This document shows, piece after piece, positions 1-11,488 of a stretch of 64,000 bases of DNA (its first letter is position 1; every line of letters starts with the position of its first letter). The DNA comes from Thalia democratica (lineage: Eukaryota). Below the pieces are notes generated by a model. That model did not search any database. It was not told the DNA's origin and saw only the letters and a list, made by a program, of their open reading frames with translations. The stretch covers positions 14,632,001 through 14,696,000 of the forward strand of contig OZ241831.1 in NCBI GenBank assembly GCA_965202585.1, in the 5' to 3' direction. The translations under genes were made by a program, and so were the position numbers.

Positions 1-400
1 TTTTACTAAACTTATTAAAATATGTCATTTATAAGTGATAGTATAGTATATTAAATAGCTTTTAAACCCTTGACAAATAATGCAACATTTGTAATTCTTG
101 AAAGTATAAACCTCAAACCTAAATTAAAATTTTAATTCTATAAAGTCTTTTGTTTTTTACTAAAAGCTTAAAAATACAAGTCAGTTTTTACTTATTGTCG
201 AAGAAAAGCTCAGACCCCTTTAAAACTTCAAAAATATATAATGTATGCTCTGCTCAGTGCAGTTTTAAGACTTTATTTTGTTTTAAAGTTGTTTTTAGCT
301 TAATGTTAATTTGTACCCTGCTAGAATGTAAAAATAATGCTAGTTTATCTGGGTAGTTGTCTAAATTGCACGAGCGGAAAAAATTGCACAAATATACTTT
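1..400 (+). repeat. Dispersed direct repeat, second copy at ~18371..18770
   Basis: 1..~400 aligns base-for-base with 18371..~18770 at offset 18370-18371 (TTTTACTAAACTTATTAAAA ... GGGTAG(T/C)TGTCTAAATTGCACGAGCG). The ORFs 150..356 and 18521..18718 are near-identical by-products. Confidence 0.9.
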
Positions 401-897
401 TGCACAAAGGGTCACTTTTGCACAAAGACACTTTCGCACAAGCAGACAATTTTGCACAGGTTAACTTTTTTATTTTATTTTACCCTTAACCCTCACCCTC
501 GGTTAGTAATTTTAGTTTTAAATTTTTTACTATCACTTTTACTCCTAACCCTTACCCTCGATTGGTTGCTTTTTTTTTACTATTTTTTTTTAAATTTTTA
601 TTGTTATTTTTTATTTTTACTGTCACTATTACCCCTTACCCTCAGTCAGTAACTTTTTTTTTATAATTTTTTTTTTTCTCTGATTATTTTTAATTTTTAT
701 TTTTTTCTGTATTTTTTTATTGTTGTGAAAAAATGTAACTTGTGCAAAATTGACCCTTGGTCTAAAACTATTTTTGTGCAACTTTGTTACCTCATACAAT
801 TTTGTGCCCACGTGAAAATTTGGCTTTGTTCAATTTTGTTATCGTGCAATTTAGTAACCTTGTGCAACTTTGTCTTCATGCAATTTAGACTCGTTCC
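351..897. mobile_element. Foldback/MITE-like element with modular TIRs (TTGCAC/GTGCAA subrepeats) and a TAACCC(T)-rich core
   Basis: Left GTCTAAATTGCA is the reverse complement of right TGCAATTTAGAC(TCGTTCC). Arms are built of ~12-13 bp TTTTGCACAA units, and the core has AACCCT/ACCCTC motifs. Related copies occur elsewhere in the window. Confidence 0.7.
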
Positions 898-1878
898 TAG
901 TTTATCTATCAGTAATTCTTAAATTAAAATTCTTAAAAGTAAGTCTTTCTTTTACCCTTTATCATAAAATCTGATTAAATAGCTAGTTTAGGTTAAAATA
1001 TTGTTGTTTTTAAATCCTTAAGTATGAACTATAGTACTTTATTATTGGACTAAAATCACTTCCTTTTTAGAGTAAAATGATTTTTATCATATTTTTCAAT
1101 TAAATGTGCTAAAAACAACAATGTTTTCTATGCGATTTTTTATTTATTAAAAAAAATAAGTCCATACAAGTTTAAATATTTTTTTTTTACAAAAATAAAC
1201 ATACAGTTTTGCATAAAGTCTTAAGTATAAATTGTAATTAATTTTTTATAAAAAAAACTTTTGAAACAATTGTTATTGTAAAAAGTTTTGATGCATAAAT
1301 GTAGTCAATTTTTCAATCTAGTTTTCTCGCAAATTTTAAAATTTACTTTATATCTTTTTTCTTCTACTAGTGACCATAAATTTTTAGCAAAGATTTCTTA
1401 AGAAAAACTTTTTTTTTTGTTCTCAAATTAAAACAATATTGAAAAATAAAAGTTTAAGATAAAAAAAGGAAATCTTTGGATCTTTTTTTTTTAACATATC
1501 AAATTTTCTACACTTAATAAATTTGAATAATGCTAACGGGTTTAATGTAAAAATTTAAAAAATATCTAACAATGAATGATAGATAGATTTTTAGATAATG
1601 TTTTTTTATATTTTTTAGTTTGTGCTTAGCTTGATTTGCAGTAATCACCTATTGTATCTTGCAAAGTTTTTTTATTTTTTGCAAAGGGATAATCTTATAG
1701 TTTAATAAAATTGTTTTGAAAAAATATCTCTGTACAAGCAAAAACTGTAGTAACGTAGTTATAAAATGAAGCACTACAATTAAATAAAATTAAAAAATAA
1801 ATTGGAAGACTTGGTTACTAAAAAAATCAAGTTTGTATGGTTTGCTTAAGGTAATGTTTACACAGAAATTAAGCATAC

Positions 1879-2358
1879 AAAATTGCACAAGGGGAAACAA
1901 TTTCAGAAGTGCACAAATTTGCACAAGCAGACAATTTTTAAGAGTTATTATTTTTTTTTTATTAATTAATTTAAATATTTTTTTTTACTATCACTGTTAC
2001 CCCTAACCCTCGGTTGGTAACATTTTTTTTCTTTGATTAGTTTTTTTTTAATATATATATATAATTTTTTTATTTTTACTATCACTGTTACCCCTAACCC
2101 TTACCCTCCGTCAGTAACTTTTTTTTTGTTTATTTTTTTACAAATTATTTTTAGTTTTTTTTTCTGTTTATTTTTTTACACTCGGGTAAAAATGTAACTC
2201 TGCAAAATTGTCTTCAAGCAGTTTTGTCCTCTCATGCAATTTTGTGCCCTTGTGCAAATTTGGCTTCGTGCAATTTTGTGCTCTGGTGCAATTATGTCCC
2301 CTTGTGTTATTTAGTTACCTTTTGAAATTTTGTCTTTGTGCAATTTAGACACGTTCCC
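1879..2358. mobile_element. Second copy of the TTGCAC foldback/MITE family (left end truncated)
   Basis: AAAATTGCACAAG repeats on the left, a CCCTAACCCT core, and right end GTGCAATTTAGACACGTTCCC. Confidence 0.65.
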
Positions 2359-2824
2359 TGTTTACACATTAAAAAGTCTGTGCAAGCTAGATACTTATGT
2401 TGGCAGGCCAAATCTTGCCTAGGGTCCTTACGTTACCACCCCTGGTTTAATCACTAAGATGAATTAAAAAAATACGATAAGTTATTTTAAACAAATAGAT
2501 CTACATATAATTGTTTAGTACATTCTAAATAAGTTTTACTTTTAATAGTACTGAGTTTATTTTTTTACAAGTCTTATGAAATCAAGCTAGCTTTCAGTAA
2601 GTCAAATAAATTTTTGTCCCTGGCAATAGTAACTTTTGTTATAATCAAATAAAGTTTTTTAATTAAAATATAAGTTGTTAAATGTTGCATTTTGCTACAA
2701 ACAAGTAAATTATGAACTTATTATTTTGGTATTAGATTTTTTTAATAAATTGGAAGGTATTGTAACTTAACGTTTTTAAATACTTAATTACTATACACTT
2801 TACAGCTTTGAAAATTGAGTAAAC

Positions 2825-5800
2825 ATGTCATTACAAATTAAGATTAAGACTGACAGTAAAGTTGAAGTCATCCAATGTGAGAATTTAGGATTAACAGTAA
2901 TGGATTTGACCCATTATGAAAAGCTGTTTAGAACAATTGTGAAAGAAACGGTCATTGAAGATTTCAGTCCAAAATATGTATACATGGTAAATTGTTACAT
3001 TTTTATTTAAACACTATAAAAGTATATACCTAGTTTTATCATTGTTTTAAAGAAATCAAGATTGTTTCTTAAATGAGAGCTTGAATATTGAACTATAAGT
3101 AGTTATAAAGTCAAAGGATGGTTGGGTCAAATATTTTTTTAAGAAAATGAAAAAAGGCTTTTATATGAAAGTATAAACTATAGGTTAGTTTTTATGCAAA
3201 ATAAATTTTCTATTAACAATTGATATACTGTTAGTTATGCAAACAGTTTGTTTTACGTTGTTTTTTGAGATAAAAAAATAAAATTTTCAGAAACTGATCT
3301 TTTAAAAATATTAAAAGTATTAGTAAAAATTATTGTCAAGTAAAAAAAAGATTTTCTTCGAAAGTTTTAAATTTCCTGAATTATAGTAAAAGACTAATTA
3401 GTTAAGAATAAGAAAAACCTAAAATAGACTTATTTGAAAAATAAGGAAAGATATAATTTCAAAAAATATAATTTTCCCTTTTAGTTTGCACAGTCTATTT
3501 TTAGTTTATATGAAAGCTACCGAGCTCACCAGTTTTAATCTCTCATATCTCAAAAACTACTTTAAGCTTTACTAAGCTGTAAATAATGGGTTTACAAATG
3601 GTAAAAAAGTCTAATATCCACAAAGGTACACTTTTGTACAAAAGGTCAAATATGCACAACAACACTTTTGCACGGGGTCTATTTTGCTTAAAGACTTTTT
3701 TACACAAGTTGCATGGGATAAAAAAAAATATTAACTTAAATTTTTTATTATTTTTTTTACTATCACTATAACCCCTTAACCCTTACCCTCTGTTGGTAAT
3801 TTTGTTTTTTGTTTGTTTATAATTAATTTATCAATTGTTTTTTTATTTTCTAGTTTATTTTTTATATATATATTTTTTCCTATTAAAAAAATTTTTTTTA
3901 CTCTTGTGCAAAAATGATCCTTTGTGCAAAAGTGACCTCTGTGAAAAAGTGTCCCTTTGTGGAAAAATGTCTCTTCCTGCAAAAAAGTCTTTGTGCAAAA
4001 GTGTCCCTTCATACATATTTGACTCTTTGTGCAAAAATAACGTTGTGCATATTTGATCTGTTACGGTAAAAAATACTTCTTAGCATAATTAATAAATAAG
4101 ACAAAATTTTAAAATATAAGGTTAACCCTATATATGACCTAACAGAATGAGATAATTTCATTTAGTTTTTGACATAAAGTTATTTTATAAAGAAAGATTT
4201 TACAAAAGTGTAAATAATAGGAAAAAGTATCATTGCTTTACTTAATTTTTGTTTGATTTAACTAAAAGTTTTTCTTTTTTTTAGTTGGTTTAGGTGAGTG
4301 ACTCGAAATCTTCAAGAAACAATTGTTAAATAGTTATAAATACAATAAAACAATTGATTAATTTTTTTTTCTTACAAAAGTATATTGAAAATCCTCTATC
4401 AAAAAACTATTTTAATCCAATAAAAATAAATCATAGGCTCTTAATTGAAAGCTTAAAGTAAAAGATATAAGTTAGTTTATATTAATAAAACTAAGCTTGA
4501 ACTGTACTCTAACCATTGTTATATAAAGTTTCTGCTATAGACCTATGCACCCCTATATTTTTTTTTTTTGGAAAAAAATGACTTACTAAAGTATATCTAA
4601 TTTTTTGAGCTGTAGACTTTAATTGCTGCAAAAATACAACTAGCTGCACAACAAAATATTTCAATTTCTACTCTTAAATTAGCTTCTGATTTTCAGGTTA
4701 TTTTGTGGATTTCAAAGTTTAAAGACAACTTAGAATTTAGAAATATGAGCGAAGGTGGAAATATTCCGCCTATAGAACAATGGAATCTTGATGTAAAACA
4801 ATTTTTTGACGATAATATTCGGTCTTATGAAGAGTACTTTCTACTTTTTCAAGTTTGTTATAATTTGAGCTTTAAAAAATTATAGTTTCAGTGTAGTTTT
4901 AAACCATTTTTATTTTCAAATGCACAGTGTACTCGAAACTAGATTTATAAAAATTGTCAGTGGTTTTATATCCTAGATAACCCTAAATTTGAACAGGAAA
5001 ATTATGAAATTTAACCATTACAGAACCTAATTTATCAGGCTTTAAGTAAAGATAATTAAGCAAGTTTTTGCTACATGCTAGTTGTCTAATAAAAAGTAAA
5101 TTAAAGTAAAATATTTTTGATAATGTGTGTTTTAGATTTAAGTAAAAATTGAGACATTTCTTTGTTTTATCATCTGTTAAATTTTTAGTAGCTACAAAAT
5201 ATAAAACGCTTTTAATTCAATTTTTTTGTTGTACTGTAAAATCAAAATAAAATCATGTTAAAAAAAATTAAATTTAATAATAAGTTTGCAATGTTGATAA
5301 TCTTCAACTTAAAAAAGAAATTTTCTGGCTTTAATAACCAATCTTTAAAAAGAGATTATCTACTTTTGTGATACTTAAATTAATACTACTTAGACATTAA
5401 TTATCATTTTTAGTGTTTTTTTTTCAGTTTATTTTATTTTTAATTTGCTTAATTATTTTAAAAACATTTTGATAAAAAACCTTCAAATTTAGTAATCAGT
5501 TTTTATTGAAAGTTGTTACGAAAAGTAATGAATTTTATATTATAAAGTTAAGGAAAAGTATAAAAAAAAATTAGACAGTCATGATAGTTTACATTTTATT
5601 CACAAATCTATTTGACCAGTGGCATAACTTATGTGTGGTGATGCTGAAAAAATAAACTACTTAAAATTTAATTAAACTTTATGTTAAAATATGCAGTTAT
5701 GTTAAAACTACAAAAAAGAATGTAGTTTCAAAGTATTAGAGATAAAAATAACGAAAACAGTTTTTTTTGCAACCCATGTAAATCAACTGCGTTGCCACTG

Positions 5801-7505
5801 ATAAAGACCTTAATTATTTTCATTGTGAATTATATAAGAATTATTAAATACTATCTAATTTTTATACTTGAAAGTTTAAATTTTTAGGAATTTTTTATTT
5901 AATAGTCTCAATTTAATAATCTTTTTGTTTTAATTCAAAAATTATTTCATAAAACTTTAGGTCTATAACTGCCAAAATAGTTCTGTTTTTGAGATAAGAG
6001 CATTAAAATAATTTTTCTTAAATTAAAAAGTTCCCTTCATTTAAGTTGTGATACGTTTTAAGCTTGTATTAGATAAGATAAGTTTATAAATACCATTTTT
6101 TATTTCAATACTAGTTTAAGTCCATTGTGAATTAGTTTAAAAGCGTTTTAATTTTATTATACTTTGAATTTAAAAACGAGTTCATTTATTGAAATTTGAA
6201 GTTTCATAATTTTTAGATTCGAAAATTGTATAATTTTTTTAAATTTTGAGTAAAAGTATTATTTTCCTAAAAAGTTAAAAAAAACTAATTTTATTTTATG
6301 GTTATAATAATCTTAAGTTTTAAGTTTTCCTAAAATTTTTGTCAGGGCTTTTCTATTAATGCAAGGTATATTTCATAAAAATTTGAGGTTAATTGATTTA
6401 AAAACGAAGGAGAAGATAGATTTTTTCGTAGACTTTTCAAAATTCTTTGAAAATTGGCAATGAAAAATTTCTTCTTCATACGTTTGTAAACTTATCTTTT
6501 TACACAACTGACTATATCTCAATATTTAAATATTGTGTTTTATTCTGTTAAAAGTATCTTATAGTATATTATTATAGATTTTTTGTTAATTTCTGTAAAA
6601 AAAAAGTTGGACTCTTTTATGACTTTTGTTTAAGTATAAAGTGTAGATTATAAGTAATTGTATTGCTACAAACTGGACATGAAGCATAAGTAGTAAAAAA
6701 TTATAAAATACTAATCATTAGCTAAACAACTATGATACTAATTTAATTATATGAGAAGCCATGTACAGACGATATAAGTAGTTTGAAATGAATGTTGCTG
6801 TTTATTTTACTACGCCCATTAAAATTATTATGTTCTCAACTTTATTATAATATCAAGAAAATTTTCCTTTTTAAGCAATTGTTTAAGAAACTTAGTAATA
6901 GTGTTTGTAGCTTAAAGTATAATGTTTTAACCTTTTAAAGTTACAAACACAGTATGTTGCTTAATTTTTTTTATTTTAAGTCAAATTAATTTTAAATTAA
7001 CTTTTTTTTGAACTTTAAAGTTTAGTTAAGTTTTATTAAAAATCTTTTCGAAAAAACTGTTAAAATCGTTGAATAAATTGTCAAAAATTCGTGATAACCT
7101 TTTCAGTACTGTAATTCGATTTTGCAATTTAAAAAAGTTAGTGAATTGATTTTCCATATTGTAAGAAGTTTAATTAAATTATTAAAAAAAAACTCTGCAA
7201 AAGTACTTTACTTTTCAGCAGTTTAGTTTTCTAATCAAAAATCAATTTGCTGATCAATTTGTAACTAAATAGTTGAGCAAATATTTAACTACGGCTTAAA
7301 ATGCTCTTAAATCCACAACATACCGATGTGTGACAGTTTATGTAATTTAACATTTTTACAGGTCTGCAGTTATTTCAAAATAAAAACCCTTGAGATGTTC
7401 ACCTACCAGTACATACTGAAGCAGTGGCATTTAATTTCAAAGCACGCAAACGAAAAGTATAAAGAAGATTTTAGACAGTTGTTTAGTCTTTTGCACGGAT
7501 TTTAA
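2825..7505 (+). CDS. Divergent Skp1/POZ-like protein, 153 aa, 3 exons: 2825-2986, 4697-4852, 7362-7505
   Basis: All-phase-0 GT-AG junctions (ATG|GTAAAT, TTTTCAG|GTT, CAA|GTTTGT, TTTTACAG|GTC) join into one ORF: MSLQIKIKTDSKVEVIQ...YVYMVILWISKFKD...IPPIEQWNLDVKQFF...YFLLFQVCSYFKIKTLEMF...LLHGF*. The motif pattern resembles Skp1 (VIQWCTHHKD, WDxEF, LILAANYLDIKGL), recognised by eye only. Confidence 0.6.
3600..4064. mobile_element. Third, more diverged copy of the TTGCAC foldback/MITE family
   Basis: GGTCAAATATGCAC on the left vs GTGCATATTTGATC on the right, TTTGTGCAAAA subrepeats, and an ACCCCTTAACCCTTACCCTC core. Confidence 0.6.
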
Positions 7506-8098
7506 ACAGTACTTGTTTTCAAATTTAAAATATGGTCAAGTTGACAATTGCCATCCTTTTTGGTTTACATTGTTAACTGGTCAGGACTCATACGCGTCAG
7601 GCTAGTGTTTTTGGAAAAATTGGCAAAATATCAGTTCATATGCTTAAATATTTCAATAAAAGTTCTAAAAAGTTTGAAAGTTTTATATTTTGTACGAACC
7701 CTAAAAAGGTACATAAAAAATAACTACAATTATAATATTTTGTATGTTTTATAAAACTTTAGAATCATGTTAAATACACATTGTTTGCTTTTGAAATTTT
7801 AATTTAAAAAGTTTTTATTTTATAGATTTCTATTATTTATTATTTTTAGATAAATATCGTAAATGTTGTGGTATAAGTAATTGTTTTTTTTAAATGCAAC
7901 AGTTGTCCACAAATATAGTTTTTGATGTATTATAATTTAAAAAACAGGTGGGGATACTGGAGTTTTTAAATACCAATTCAGTAAGAAACACATTCTACGT
8001 TTAAAATTTATTCGCATGACGACGTTTCGACTTTCAATAAGTCATTATCAACAAATTACTGTGCAAAAATAAATAAAATTAGTGATAAACAACTATTC

Positions 8099-8350
8099 AC
8101 TTCACGACCATTAGTAGAAAGAATTAAAGAACATTTAAAGGGCAAAACATCGGTATCGGACCATATTAGCAATTGTAATGTTTGTAAAAATGAAAAAATA
8201 ACTGCTAATAATTTTGGAATTTTGAAAGAATGTAGAAATAAATTTGAGACCCTAATAAGTGAAGCTCTACTAATTAAACGCTATAATCCAATTTTAAATA
8301 AACAATTAATTAAACCGGGTATTACCCATACATTAAGAATTTTTGATTAG
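8099..8350 (+). pseudogene. GIY-YIG endonuclease C-terminal fragment (83 aa, no start) of a Penelope-like element
   Basis: Manual translation TSRPLVERIKEHLKGKTSVSDHISNC...NNFGILKEC...LISEALLIKRYNPILNKQ... matches the PLE GIY-YIG pattern (TxRxLxxRxxEH, EALxIKxxxPxLNKQ). The frame is still open. Confidence 0.8.
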
Positions 8351-8521
8351 TTTGATATATATTAGTGTAACAATTTGTTAGTACTTATGTAAAATGTTTT
8401 TTTGTATTAGAGTTTATAATCTTAATTTATAAAATTTTTATATAATGTATCACTTAGAATTTTTTTTTTTGTATACTTAGTTGTTTATCACTAATTTTAT
8501 TTATTTTTGCACAGTAATTTG

Positions 8522-8555
8522 TTGATAATGACTTATTGAAAGTCGAAACGTCGTC
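8522..8555 (+). ncRNA. Candidate minimal hammerhead ribozyme in the pLTR (inverted copy 8018..8051 on -)
   Basis: TTGATAA-T-GACTT(ATTGA)AAGTC-GAAAC-GTCGTC: core with U3-A8, a 5-bp stem II, GAAA, and a GTC site. Stem I pairing is poor. Confidence 0.5.
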
Positions 8556-10275
8556 ATGCGAATAAATTTTAAACGTAGAATGTGTTTCTTACTGAATTGG
8601 TATTATAATTTGTTTTGAAAATTATACAACTTAAAATATTAAAGTTTTTTGTAACTAATAAAAAATTAACTTCTTTTTACCTTTATTAAAAGGCTACTCT
8701 TAATAACATGTTTTTTAAGAATTTTCTGATTTAAATTATTCTTAACCTATTAAAAATGTACTTTATTTTTTTCTCTATTTTGTTAAGTTATCCATTGAAA
8801 TTAAATGGTTTAAAATTTATAATTCTTGATTTACAGCTTTTTGTTTTGTCATTTTTTTTAACAAAAGCAATACATTTTTTTTTAGTAAAATATTTTTATT
8901 ATTATTTGTTGCTCAGTAGTTTACCTTTTTATCAACAAACTACGATTAAATGTGTAATTTCATTTTAAATAATTTTAAACAAAAGACTATTAATAATAAT
9001 ATTGTTGTTACAATGTTTCGCTGCTCCGAGTAAAAGAAACAAAAAAGTAAAATAAGATTATAGTTATCAATTTAAGTGAAATATTTAGTTTTCACATTCT
9101 AAAAATAAGCAATGACTAAAACTACAAATAACTACAAAATATAAGAAAATTTATCTTTTATAATAATCCTGTTTTTTCAATTCCTAATTCTATTAGTCGT
9201 AAACATGTTTTCCCAATATTTATAATCTAAAACACTTGACTATTATTGTTACGACTTATAATTTTAAATATCTTTTTGTAATCATCTACTCATATCAGTT
9301 ATTTAAGTATAAAACAATTTGAAGCTAATACTAAGCATTAAGAGTGCTAAATTTGTAAGTTTTTCAGTTAATTCATAAATAAATATTCATACTTTTTTTT
9401 TTCCAAAACTGTTAAAAGTCAAGTTAAAAGCATTTTAACGTTGTCTTTACAGACCAGTTCTATATTAATTTAAGGAATGATATTTTTCCAAGTTTAAATG
9501 GTTATATTTTAAACCTCATAAATTCCAATACATATAATATACAACTAGAGAAGTTTGACAATAATAAGGTTCATCTTAGGTTCCTTTATAATTTATGGGA
9601 AATTTTTTATACTTTTGTATATTATACTAGCTTTAATTGGAGTATTTAAATTAAGTTGCTTAGTTTAGTTAAATAATTTTTATTTTTTTGAGTACAAAAT
9701 ATAGCAACATCAAAATATTTTGAGCTGTATTTTTTGCTGTAAACTCTAAAAGTGTTAGCGCTAGCTTTGAAGTAGTAATGAAAAAATACTAACAAAATGG
9801 TCACTTAATACTTACCTTGTACTTTTAAGTCGTTATATGTACCCAGATTGATTGAAAACGTAATTTAAATTAAGTTTAAAATCCATATAGCTATTAAAGT
9901 CACAATTTTAATTTTCATGCTATTTATTTTTTTATAATGAGTATATAATTAATACTAAACTACTTTTATCAAAGTAAAAATAACGAAATGTTTATAAGGT
10001 CTTAGATTTTATTAGAAATTCGAATTTTATACGATGTTTATTGATACTTCTATATTTTGTTATTCACATATTATTTACAATTATGAATAATCAAAAATAG
10101 TTCTGTGAAAATATATTTTAAAACTATTACTATTAGTTGAATAACAAAAATATATTCAGTTCAAACTGTAAAACTAAAGTGTTATTCAACATTTAGTGAG
10201 TGACATTTTAGAAAAAAAACAACTAATATAATTTTGATTAAAAACACTGAAGTTGTCAAACAAACACAAAGAGCA

Positions 10276-10632
10276 TTATTTTCTACATTTCGAGCACAAT
10301 GCTTCAGTCTGAATTTCTACACTTTTTCTTTCAGCAAATCTTTCAAAGATGCCCTCATCATTTTCCACCTTCAACAAAATAACTTTTTTGTTTTCTTCAT
10401 ACAACTCGCATTCAGTGGTAAACACACAACTTTCTAAAATCTTCTCAACTTTAATCAGCACTGTAATGTTTAAGCACTTCAAGTTTGGAATGTTGTTGAC
10501 TATAGGTAACTGAAAAAGATTTACGTTTTCTTGCAAGTAATTGTGCTTGTTATTAACTCGCTGCAAGTCAAGTATTTGAACGTCTGCGCTCCACACAGCT
10601 CGGCTTTCACGAATTTTTCCCGAAGAAAACAC
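10276..10632 (-). CDS. Probable coding exon of an unidentified gene
   Basis: 118-codon open frame with protein-like composition and higher GC than the flanks. No recognisable family, and the upstream splice site is unresolved. Confidence 0.35.
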   Translation of the reverse strand: MFSSGKIRESRAVWSADVQILDLQRVNNKHNYLQENVNLFQLPIVNNIPNLKCLNITVLIKVEKILESCVFTTECELYEENKKVILLKVENDEGIFERFAERKSVEIQTEALCSKCRK

Positions 10633-11302
10633 TTAGCGTATCACACCTAGAACGTTGTTTAAATAAAATTCACTTGTTTCTATGAACTGTATACATGTTA
10701 TTATGGTCATTTTCCATTTGGAAGGTGTCTTATTTTTACAAAGTATGACATAATATTTGAAATAGTCTTAAATAAATTATTTTACTATGTTTTCAAAAAC
10801 TAATCTAAATGATAAACGCTTAAAAGCTTTCAAATTTGATAATTGAACCAAAAAACAAAGTAAAAATAAAATTCAAAGTTTTGTTTGGAATGCGTAGCTG
10901 ATTCTTCATAAAAAAATTGTTTCGTTTAAAACAATATTTAGCCAAAAAAAAAAAGAAAGTTAAACTCCATGTTTTTAAACGATTCAAAAAATATTTTAGT
11001 TCAAATTAAAAAAAAGTACTACTAGAGAAAGCTTTTAAAACATATGAGTAAGAAAACCATTTAAAGGTATAAATACTGAAAACCTTGCTGTAGATAGGTT
11101 CTATTAAATGCTTGCGTCAAAATAAATCTTAATAGTGATTTTTTATAGCAAATTTCATAACACATATATAAAGTTTAACCCAGTTAAAAACTCTATTATA
11201 ACAATCTTATATTGGAATTAAAGTAAAGTTTTTATAAACAACTTATTTAGACTAATTTAAAAAGTTTTTAAAACATATTTAACACAGAAATGACATGCCT
11301 TT

Positions 11303-11488
11303 TTATTCGCCGTTTTCACTGTAAAATTCACTTCTAATAAATTTTTTTATTTGTCCTATAGTTGTGTTTTCATCGAAATATTTGGAAGATTTTCTACCAG
11401 TAAATTGTTGAAAGAATGGATGAACCACAAATTCGTTAACATTGTACATTGCGAAAATTTGTCTTTGAAATACCTTTTTTGGTGGCAT
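11303..11488 (-). CDS. Possible first exon or short ORF of an unidentified gene (MPPKKVFQRQ...)
   Basis: ATG start and protein-like sequence; DENTTIGQIKKFI is vaguely ubiquitin-like. It may splice to 10276..10632. Confidence 0.3.
   Translation of the reverse strand: MPPKKVFQRQIFAMYNVNEFVVHPFFQQFTGRKSSKYFDENTTIGQIKKFIRSEFYSENGE

Larger units (their letters stand above)
7969..8604 (+). mobile_element. 5'-truncated Penelope-like retroelement with 127-bp inverted pLTRs
   Basis: Perfect inverted repeat 7969..8095 / 8478..8604 encloses a GIY-YIG endonuclease C-terminal fragment. A possible TSD GTATTATAATTT lies at 7927..7938 and 8600..8611. Confidence 0.8.

Noticed and set aside
361-900. Regularly spaced short repeats resembling a CRISPR array, and TAACCC motifs resembling telomere sequence.
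   Set aside because: The units are degenerate, abut without unique spacers and are arranged as inverted arms of a MITE. TAACCC is never in a true tandem run, and the context is eukaryotic.
5617-5800. Possible small hAT-type MITE (CAGTGGC...GCCACTG).
   Set aside because: Only a 7-8 bp terminal match, no TSD, and no second copy in the window.
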